Origin: a virus
Taxonomy: Duplodnaviria > Caudoviricetes
Strand: one strand, 5' to 3'
IMG/VR virus record: IMGVR_UViG_3300044846_002156
Location: 1-61,393 of that record
DNA: 61,393 nucleotides
Under the pieces are notes generated by a model. It searched no databases. It was given only the letters and a program-made list of their open reading frames with translations, and had not been told where the DNA came from. Made by a program: the position numbers and the translations under genes. Position 1 is the stretch's first letter. Every line of letters starts with the position of its first letter. This document shows positions 29,120 through 36,854 of this stretch, one piece after another.

Positions 29120-29599
29120 TTAATGACCGATTTCGAAATGTTGGAAATCAAAATCTCGCTCTATCCCATAGTTTATAAACCCATGCTTATAAAATATATC
29201 CATTAAAGGCTTGTATTCAATTCTAGCAAACCTTGCTGTGGTTTTGTTTTCGTGGAGCATATTTCTGTCAACGTCTAGGTCGACTGCTATACCCCAACTA
29301 TGCCTTGAAAGTTTAGTTTTACTACCTCTCATTAGCCTATAATTAAAACAGCCTCCAAAATCGTTTAATTGTAGCCTTTTAATCTCTGCTAAACCATAAT
29401 GCTTTAATAAATCATTAAACACATTTGTTAATGGCTCTTTTATCAGCTTGTGGCATTCAAAGCTATTTACATACTCTGATGTTTTCCAATTTAGGAACAT
29501 AGGGTACGGTAATTGTATTCTTGTTAGGTAGCCAGCACCAGTTTTGTTAGGCTTACCATATTTTTTAATTATCTGTTCGTCTGTTAGCATATTATTCAA
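29120..29599 (-). CDS. M15-family peptidase endolysin
   Basis: FNYR, S.HSWGIAVD, D.QHFE. Confidence 0.88.
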   Translation of the reverse strand: MNNMLTDEQIIKKYGKPNKTGAGYLTRIQLPYPMFLNWKTSEYVNSFECHKLIKEPLTNVFNDLLKHYGLAEIKRLQLNDFGGCFNYRLMRGSKTKLSRHSWGIAVDLDVDRNMLHENKTTARFARIEYKPLMDIFYKHGFINYGIERDFDFQHFEIGH

Positions 29600-29954
29600 A
29601 TATTATTTCTGCTGATTTATTAATTAATTCTGTTGATTTCTTATCTATGTTTTCTAATTCATCCATATAGCTGTTTATTTGTTCTGCATCTAGGAGAGCA
29701 AACCATTTAAACAGCCTGTGCATTGCAGAGCTATGTTCATACTCCATATACTCCTCATCCTTAACAACGGTAAATGCTGCAAATGCTTTTTTAATATCTT
29801 CGCTATACTCTCTAATGCGTTTTGCTTTTTGATTTAATACTGGTATTTTAAACCTCGAATCAATTAAATCGTTTTGATGTTCTATGATAATGCAGTTTGC
29901 TAGAGCAGATATTGTTTGTACTGAATGTAGTACATCTTTCACTTTCTTGTTCAT
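29592..29954 (-). CDS. Hypothetical protein
   Basis: First gene of leftward operon behind divergent promoter. Confidence 0.6.
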   Translation of the reverse strand: MNKKVKDVLHSVQTISALANCIIIEHQNDLIDSRFKIPVLNQKAKRIREYSEDIKKAFAAFTVVKDEEYMEYEHSSAMHRLFKWFALLDAEQINSYMDELENIDKKSTELINKSAEIIFE

Positions 29955-30061
29955 AACTTGGTGTTTAATATTTTAACATAAGCGCAAGGTAAGAATTAAT
30001 TTTGTAATATCAAAAAGTTTTGCATACATTTGTATAATTTATAACCATTCTAAATAAAACT

Positions 30062-30325
30062 ATGAATATTAAACAAAGTGTTGAATATGTTATGATGCAC
30101 CCTTATACTAAAAAGGCTGTTGAAGAATATAACAACGGAAACCCAGATATGTTAGCTCAACTAATATTTGAGATACACTTCCATACATTTGACAAAACAG
30201 CCATACTATGCTCACAGGTGTACGGTCTAAATCGCTGGAATAATACGGTCGTAATTAAAGATTTATTGCGAAACGTAGAGCCACCAAAGAATTTATCTAT
30301 ATCTTTAAGCATACCAAAAATATAG
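30062..30325 (+). CDS. Hypothetical protein
   Basis: Behind TTTG-N20-TACATTTG. Confidence 0.55.
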   Translation: MNIKQSVEYVMMHPYTKKAVEEYNNGNPDMLAQLIFEIHFHTFDKTAILCSQVYGLNRWNNTVVIKDLLRNVEPPKNLSISLSIPKI

Positions 30326-30372
30326 TTTAATAATTATTTATCTTTGTATATTAATTATTTAAAATTATAATA

Positions 30373-30729
30373 ATGGCAAAAAATCAATCAGACCCTAAAC
30401 CTAAAAAAACCAAAGGAAGTGCTATTGTAGCTTCTACATTAAAAGTATCTAAGGATAAAACTATTGATGGAGGTACTTTAAAAGAAGTAGAGGTTAAAGG
30501 TTACAAGGCTAAACCAAAAGAAGAAGAAAAAGTATCTTATGGTGCTTATACTGAAAAAAACAAATTCTTACTTCCTTCAAGACCTCAAATGTCTAAAGAG
30601 GATTATGCTACTGTAAAGAAAAGATTATTGATTAGAGATAATGAAAGTGATGATGCTGCTCAATACAAAGTATTAGAGAATATGGATTTAGTTAGAAAAA
30701 TCTTAAAAGAAAAAACTATTAAAAAATAA
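30373..30729 (+). CDS. Lys-rich late protein
   Basis: Late-type promoter 30317..30346. Confidence 0.6.
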   Translation: MAKNQSDPKPKKTKGSAIVASTLKVSKDKTIDGGTLKEVEVKGYKAKPKEEEKVSYGAYTEKNKFLLPSRPQMSKEDYATVKKRLLIRDNESDDAAQYKVLENMDLVRKILKEKTIKK

Positions 30730-30733
30730 AAAT

Positions 30734-30892
30734 ATGAAAACTAAAGGAACACCAGTAAGTAAGGTTGTTAAAACAACAAAACCAATGTTGGGGAAACAAG
30801 TGGGAACAGTAGAAGATTTTAAATCTACATCAGGTAAAAAATTAGGAACTTTAACTAAAACTTATAAAAGCGTAAGTGTAAAAAAATCTTAA
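30734..30892 (+). CDS. Small basic protein (52 aa, not in ORF track)
   Basis: MKTKGTPVSKVVK...; followed by terminator 30913..30941. Confidence 0.55.
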   Translation: MKTKGTPVSKVVKTTKPMLGKQVGTVEDFKSTSGKKLGTLTKTYKSVSVKKS

Positions 30893-30970
30893 TTAAATAA
30901 ATTTCCATAAATCAGCTCACCAAAAAGGTGGGCTTTTTTTTATTTATTTTTGTGTTATATATTATATGAT

Positions 30971-31111
30971 ATGGCAAAAGCTAAAACACAATCAGTAGTA
31001 AAGAAAGTAGAAAAGAAAAAAGTTAATAGAAAGGGCGTACACGCTAAAACCAAATCTAGTCAACTTAAAACATCTAAGCTTTACAAAAAGAAAAATAAGG
31101 GGCAAGGTTAG
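30971..31111 (+). CDS. Small basic protein (46 aa, not in ORF track)
   Basis: RKGVHAKTK...LYKKK.KGQG, a pattern seen in Bacteroidota phages. Confidence 0.65.
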   Translation: MAKAKTQSVVKKVEKKKVNRKGVHAKTKSSQLKTSKLYKKKNKGQG

Positions 31112-31266
31112 TTTTTGCATTTAATGTGGGTGTATATGTTTATACTATTCCATTGAGTAGCAACAGTACCACTTTCAATAATCCATCCGCACCTAGCGCA
31201 TTTTTTACACTTCTTTAGTTTCTTATTTTTATAAGTAGCTTTCTTTATTTTAAGTTCGTTTTCCAT
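31108..31266 (-). CDS. Small zinc-finger protein (52 aa, not in ORF track)
   Basis: CARC...HIKC; lies downstream of ncRNA element B. Confidence 0.55.
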   Translation of the reverse strand: MENELKIKKATYKNKKLKKCKKCARCGWIIESGTVATQWNSINIYTHIKCKN

Positions 31267-31269
31267 ATT

Positions 31270-31765
31270 ATATTGTTAATAACTTTATTGATTTAAAAAT
31301 AGCAGAGCCATTATACTGCATTAGTATCAAACTAACTTAGCATCTATATTAAACCCTTTATTAATATCTAGCAACAATAGTAGTTCCGTCTGCGACCCCC
31401 CCTTCTTATGTATTCTACATTAACTATTAAATTAATGTAAGGGCATTTTCGTTTACTTATACGGTTGACCTAATTAAAGGAATGCAGTACCAGTTACTTG
31501 GCTTGAAGTAGAGCTGGATTTTTTGTATAAGCACCTATTGCACTATTTGAGTTACCTCGTTTTTTTTTACGGGCTATATTGCAGTACTACAATAAACCGA
31601 ACACATTTTTGAAAAGTATGTATGCACCAACTTTCGGAAATTCTTTAAAAAAAAAGAAAACCCTCAATACATAAGGAGCGGAAAACTTATGGATTAAGGG
31701 TTAATATCTTATCAATATATACATTAAATCAGACATCAATCCGATTTTCCGCTCGTATCGATACG
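31270..31765 (-). ncRNA. Putative attenuated structured ncRNA/leader element B
   Basis: TATATTTG promoter, antiterminator/terminator leader, several helices, hairpin ending in G7. Confidence 0.5.
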
Positions 31766-31878
31766 CAAATATACAAATAATATTCGATAATTACAACAAA
31801 CAAAAAATATTTTTTAATTTATTTGCAATTTACAATTATTATACTTAGATTTGGATATAAATTTTAAATGATTATATT

Positions 31879-32154
31879 ATGAGTGAACAACAACAAAAGA
31901 CTTATGTTAATGGGATTTTTATTAAGACCCAACAAACAGCCTATGGCGACATCTTAAAGCTATCTATTAAAACAGACGATTTAGTAGAGTTCTTTAAACA
32001 ACATCAAAACAATGGATGGGTTAATATTGACCTATTGAAAAAAAGAGAGGTTGATGAAAAAGGAAGAACGCATACCGCTGTATTAAATACTTGGAATGCA
32101 AACAAAGGGGTTGATACCAACAGCCAATCTAGCTCAAGCGATTTGCCGTTTTAA
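31879..32154 (+). CDS. Small ssDNA-binding-like protein
   Basis: Beta-rich core, GWVNID, C-terminal DLPF tail. Confidence 0.6.
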   Translation: MSEQQQKTYVNGIFIKTQQTAYGDILKLSIKTDDLVEFFKQHQNNGWVNIDLLKKREVDEKGRTHTAVLNTWNANKGVDTNSQSSSSDLPF

Positions 32155-32166
32155 TCTAATTAAATT

Positions 32167-32397
32167 ATGAAGATAAAGAAGTCAGTTTTAATAAAACAGA
32201 AGAAAGAAAGAGAGAAAACGATAAGAGAGGTTAATGAGGTGGTAAGAAACGCTGTAAAGAACTTTGACTTCTTATCTACATTAATTGTTGAGGGAGATGC
32301 AGAGGCTACTTACCATAACATACAGGATTTTAGAGATGCTGTTGAGCGAATGGTAGAGGAGATAAATGAAGAGAATAAAAAAAGGGAAGCTGTTTAG
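32167..32397 (+). CDS. Hypothetical protein
   Basis: Followed by bidirectional terminator 32377..32413. Confidence 0.55.
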   Translation: MKIKKSVLIKQKKEREKTIREVNEVVRNAVKNFDFLSTLIVEGDAEATYHNIQDFRDAVERMVEEINEENKKREAV

Positions 32398-32427
32398 CCT
32401 CCCTTTTCTTTTTAATACCAATTAGTA

Positions 32428-32667
32428 TTAAGCGTTTGATGCAGTTACAAGAGCAGCAGCGGTTTCAGTAACCCAGAAATCTCCAGATTTTAAAGCGTTG
32501 TCTTCATTGTAAGCGTAAGTAATTGCAGTAACAGCAGCAGGGAAAGCAGCATTAGTAGCAGATTTAATACCTAAGATGTTTTTTACATTAATTACACGAG
32601 CAGCATTTGCAGCTAATTTGCCCTCTGATGGAGTGGCAACTGCGGTAACAGAAATAACGTTAGCCAT
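32428..32667 (-). CDS. Small Ala-rich protein, probable abundant virion (decoration) protein
   Basis: Capsid-like codon bias (GCT, CGT, AAC), late-type promoter, own terminator. Confidence 0.55.
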   Translation of the reverse strand: MANVISVTAVATPSEGKLAANAARVINVKNILGIKSATNAAFPAAVTAITYAYNEDNALKSGDFWVTETAAALVTASNA

Positions 32668-32806
32668 TTTAAATTGTTTTTAAGTTAATTAATAAATATT
32701 TATTAATGCAAATTTAAGTATAATAAAAATATGTTTTTGAGCATTGTAAAAACTGCATTAATTTAATACATACATTTGTATATTCAAAAAAATATAAATT
32801 AAAGAT

Positions 32807-33079
32807 ATGAGTATTAAACCAATATTAAACAGACTAATAATTAGACCAATTAAAAAAGAGAGTATAACTAACTCTGGAATATATATACCAGAAAGCATAG
32901 TATTAACACACACAGAAGAAGCAGAGGTTGTTTCTGTTGGAGAGGGTAGAGATGTAGAGCCAATGGTAGTAAAGAAAGGTGATAAAATTTTATACAATAA
33001 ACACACAGGCACAAAGGTAACAGACAATGGAGAGGAACTTGTATTACTGTTTCAGTCTGATATTTATGCAATAATTTAA
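32807..33079 (+). CDS. groES: Co-chaperonin GroES
   Basis: IKPI.NR.II, T.SGIYIP, V.SVG.G, VK.GDKILY.K..GT, DI.AII. Confidence 0.9.
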   Translation: MSIKPILNRLIIRPIKKESITNSGIYIPESIVLTHTEEAEVVSVGEGRDVEPMVVKKGDKILYNKHTGTKVTDNGEELVLLFQSDIYAII

Positions 33080-33083
33080 AGAT

Positions 33084-33284
33084 ATGGGTTGGAAAACAAA
33101 CAACAGCACAATGTACCCTTTAAGAATTAAAAACTCACAAAGGCATAAAATGGAGATAGTTGCAGCAAGCAAAGGAAGAAAGCTATCTGAACATATCCAT
33201 TGGTTAATATCCGCAAGTATAAATAACTACGAGATAGAGTATGGAGAAATATATATAACAGCAAAAAAGGAAGATAATGAATAG
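33084..33284 (+). CDS. Ribbon-helix-helix-like DNA-binding protein
   Basis: YPLRI strand plus two helices (GRKLSEHI). Confidence 0.55.
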   Translation: MGWKTNNSTMYPLRIKNSQRHKMEIVAASKGRKLSEHIHWLISASINNYEIEYGEIYITAKKEDNE

Positions 33285-33837
33285 TATAGGGGATAATTTA
33301 ATAGTTAAGTACGAGGTAGGACATAATAGAAATGTTAAAATAGGAGATGTTACTATTGAAATTTCAAGGGAATGTAATATTGATTTAAAAGAAGGTAACG
33401 ACCAAAAGTGTGTTATTATTGGAATACCTAAAAACGAAAGATGGCTAAAACAAGGAGATGTAGTATTTACACATTATTTAGGTTCTGACAAATCTAATGT
33501 GTTTGAGTACAAAGGGGAGAAGTACTGGAGAATACCAAGAAGGAATGTATTTTTCAGAATTAATGAGGGTGGCGATATTGAAACTAATGAGGATGTTTTT
33601 TTATGTGAGCAAATTGTATCAGAAGCACCAAAGACAGAAAGTGGTATATTTTTAACTCCATTTGAAGAACAGGAAGAAACAATGAAGTTAATTGTTTTAC
33701 ACACACCAAAAAATAATAAAGCGATTAAGGTTGGAGATAAAATAATCTCTGATGATGCCTATAACTATGTACTTAATTATGATGGTGTAAAAATGGTTAA
33801 GATAGAATACAATTACATTGCAGGTTTTTATGGCTAA
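33277..33837 (+). CDS. Tandem GroES-like domain protein
   Basis: LKQGDVVF.H and KTESGIFL...IKVGD.I motifs. Confidence 0.65.
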   Translation: MNSIGDNLIVKYEVGHNRNVKIGDVTIEISRECNIDLKEGNDQKCVIIGIPKNERWLKQGDVVFTHYLGSDKSNVFEYKGEKYWRIPRRNVFFRINEGGDIETNEDVFLCEQIVSEAPKTESGIFLTPFEEQEETMKLIVLHTPKNNKAIKVGDKIISDDAYNYVLNYDGVKMVKIEYNYIAGFYG

Positions 33838-34480
33838 GAAAGAACTGCCTAAATCATTAAAGGAAATAGAGTTTGTTCCTTATGTTGGTAGAGATATAGA
33901 TTTAAAAACTAAGGGTAAGCCCTCTGTATATTTAAAGAATGTAATAATACCGCATTATAGGGCTGTTATAAGGAGTTTGGAAGCACAGATAGCAGAACTA
34001 AGGGAATCAAAGAAAGCGTTGCTTGTAAGGAAGGACAAGCAGTTGCAAGCAAAAAGATGGCTAACATACAAGAGTAATCAGAAGAAGTACGCAGTACAGC
34101 AGCGTAAGGTAAATGAAAAGGCTGTTGAACTTTTAGAGGGTAAAATTAAGAAAGCTAGATTTGCACTAGGAGATGTGCCAAACAGCTTATTTGTTTTACC
34201 TATTATGGAAAAAATTGCAATAGATAATAATATGAAATTAGAAGATTTAACTTATGTGATTTATACATCATTATTTCACTCGCTCAACATATCAGATTAT
34301 AAAACTTATTTTAAAGAAAAGTTTAGTTTAGCTAGATTAAAAAAATTAACTACCTCTGATATAATAAGTGTTTTTAGGGGCATACCAAGTACATATACTT
34401 TATCTATTAAAGGTAAGCAGTTGATAAAAGAATTAAAACAAAGAATAAGCGATGAAGCGACCAGAGATAAAGGGAATTAA
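33818..34480 (+). CDS. Coiled-coil protein with C-terminal winged-helix; regulator candidate
   Basis: L..L.....I......Y.LS.KGK.L MarR-like end. Confidence 0.5.
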   Translation: MQVFMAKKELPKSLKEIEFVPYVGRDIDLKTKGKPSVYLKNVIIPHYRAVIRSLEAQIAELRESKKALLVRKDKQLQAKRWLTYKSNQKKYAVQQRKVNEKAVELLEGKIKKARFALGDVPNSLFVLPIMEKIAIDNNMKLEDLTYVIYTSLFHSLNISDYKTYFKEKFSLARLKKLTTSDIISVFRGIPSTYTLSIKGKQLIKELKQRISDEATRDKGN

Positions 34481-34796
34481 GAAAGAAGTATTAGAGTACA
34501 TAGAACATATAGAAACTGAATTAGCTTCTTTTAAAAACGATGGAGCTAAAAGGCTGTTATTTGAATTGTCTGGAATAGCAGGTGATTTTGCAAATGATAT
34601 ATCCTCAATTAGGGGTGGAGCAATAGCTGGTAAATATATCAACGATGACAAGAGCGACGCTATGATTGATAAGGTTATGAAGCTAGTTGATAAAATGGAC
34701 AAATTCAAAATGCTCGCTCAACTAACAACAGACGAAGAAACAACTAAGGTTACTAAGAAAATAGTAAAAAGACCAGAGGATTTAATTAAAGGATAA
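34452..34796 (+). CDS. Putative terminase small subunit
   Basis: Small helical ORF immediately upstream of TerL. Confidence 0.45.
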   Translation: MKRPEIKGIKKEVLEYIEHIETELASFKNDGAKRLLFELSGIAGDFANDISSIRGGAIAGKYINDDKSDAMIDKVMKLVDKMDKFKMLAQLTTDEETTKVTKKIVKRPEDLIKG

Positions 34797-36796
34797 TGGC
34801 ATTAAACAGAGAGTTTATAGATGATGCTTTAAATAAGTTTGAACGCAAGAAGTTATGCGGAGAGGTTACTGTTACACTACCAACCCCACCATTGTTTAGG
34901 CAAATAGATAACTTTGACAAAGACAAGGCAAAGCAGAAGTTTAACTATACAGATATACCAGAGGATTTAGATGACCTTAGTGATGAAGAACAGAATGAAA
35001 TAGTTGTAAGAGAATACGACAGAATTAAGAATGGCTACTGGTTTTTTTGTGATGGCAATTTAGAATATGTAACAGGTTATCATTATGCTTTTTTAAACTA
35101 TATGATAATAGACGGACAGAAGCCGTTGTTTACAGATTCACAAAGAGATTTCTTTTATGTGTGGGATGCTGCTGAAAAAGACCCTAGTTGTTTTGGGCTT
35201 TGCTTAACAACTCCTAGACGATGGGGCAAAGGAGAGGTGTCTATTATTATAGCCTATTTAAGGACTATACTTAGCCAATACTCACATTGTGGAATACAAT
35301 CAAAAACAGCAGATGATGCAAAGGGATTATATTCTAAGCTAGTACAAAGGTGGCAGCGTATGCCAGAGTTTTTAAAGCCAATAGACGAGGGTGAATCTAA
35401 CCCTAAGTCTGCTCTCCGTTTCTTTGAAGCAGGAAAGAGAAGCTCTAAAGTAACAAAGAAAGAATACAGTAAAGCATTAAATAGTTGGATAGACTTTGCA
35501 GCAACAGTAAAAACAGCCTATGACGGACAGAAGTTAAAAACCTATATATTTGATGAGGCAGCAAAAGCAGAGGGAGTAGATGTGGAAGAATGCTGGAACG
35601 TTGTTAGGTTTTGTTTACTAAACGGAAGTAGTATTATAGGAAAGGCTTTAATCACAACAACAGTTGAGGATGGTGATTCATTTACTGCATCAGTACAATA
35701 TAAAAACATTTGGGATAAATCTAACCCACAAGAAAAGCTAGAAAGCGGTAAAACGCAAAGTGGATTGTGGAGATACTTTAACCCTGCGTTTATGGGTTAC
35801 TACGGTGAAGACGATATAACTGGTGTTTCTTTTATTGATGACTACGGATATTCAAGACAAGAGCTTGCTAAAGACTACATATTAAGGAATAGGGTAGGAT
35901 TAGACGACAGACAGTTGGCGTCAGAGAAACGTAAGCTCCCCTTAACAGTAGAAGAAGCATTCCAAACAGATGCGAGTTTATGCCACTTTAACGCTATTAA
36001 CTTACAGGACCAACATACATATCTAAAAGAGTACGCACCTAAAGGATTAGTAAATAGAGTTACCTTTTACAGAAAGCCAGATGGAACAGTAACTTGGAGA
36101 GCAGACCCTAAAGGAAAGATGCAAATGTGTTGGGATTTTAAATCTCCAGCAGAGGCAAATAAAAACATCATCGAGAATGGCATTAAGAAGCCAGCTAACA
36201 CATCTTCTTTTGCAATAGGCATTGACCCCTTTGCATCAACTATTATTACAGGAGAACAAGGCTCAAACGGTGTGGCGTATGTATATAGAAAGCACGACAC
36301 TAATGACCCAGAAGATAGCGGATTAGTAGTGTGTAGATATGCAGACAGACCGCCTCTTAAATCTATATTCCACGACCAAGTAATAATGATGTGTGAGTAT
36401 TATGGCTGTAAGGCTAACTACGAAAGTGATGTTGAGGATTACTATGAATACTTTATAGGTAGAGGTTATAAGAACTATGTAATGTGGCGACCTAAATCTA
36501 CAATAGACCCTAACAGAAAAAATAAAAAGGTTAAGTATGGTACACCATCAAAAGACCCATTTGCTCTCCAAAAACATTTTGATACAGTATTTGACTATGT
36601 AGAGTTGCATTGTAACAAGATATACTTTATAGAGCTTATAGAGGACTTAATGGCTTATAAGCATTTAAAGAGAACAAAGTACGATGATACAGTTGCTTTT
36701 GGAATGAGCCTACTTGCAGGAACAGAAAATGTAAAGGCGGAAGCCAAAGACAATAAATTAGTTTTTATGAAATACGCTAATCCAGTTAGGGTTTAG
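34796..36796 (+). CDS. terL: Terminase large subunit
   Basis: PRRWGK Walker A, YIFDEAAK Walker B, RNase H-like IGIDPF, YDD..A. Confidence 0.92.
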   Translation: MALNREFIDDALNKFERKKLCGEVTVTLPTPPLFRQIDNFDKDKAKQKFNYTDIPEDLDDLSDEEQNEIVVREYDRIKNGYWFFCDGNLEYVTGYHYAFLNYMIIDGQKPLFTDSQRDFFYVWDAAEKDPSCFGLCLTTPRRWGKGEVSIIIAYLRTILSQYSHCGIQSKTADDAKGLYSKLVQRWQRMPEFLKPIDEGESNPKSALRFFEAGKRSSKVTKKEYSKALNSWIDFAATVKTAYDGQKLKTYIFDEAAKAEGVDVEECWNVVRFCLLNGSSIIGKALITTTVEDGDSFTASVQYKNIWDKSNPQEKLESGKTQSGLWRYFNPAFMGYYGEDDITGVSFIDDYGYSRQELAKDYILRNRVGLDDRQLASEKRKLPLTVEEAFQTDASLCHFNAINLQDQHTYLKEYAPKGLVNRVTFYRKPDGTVTWRADPKGKMQMCWDFKSPAEANKNIIENGIKKPANTSSFAIGIDPFASTIITGEQGSNGVAYVYRKHDTNDPEDSGLVVCRYADRPPLKSIFHDQVIMMCEYYGCKANYESDVEDYYEYFIGRGYKNYVMWRPKSTIDPNRKNKKVKYGTPSKDPFALQKHFDTVFDYVELHCNKIYFIELIEDLMAYKHLKRTKYDDTVAFGMSLLAGTENVKAEAKDNKLVFMKYANPVRV

Positions 36797-36854
36797 TATG
36801 TTAAAAACTAAAACGTTTAATTAGTTAATTTTGTAAAGAATTTTAATATACCTT

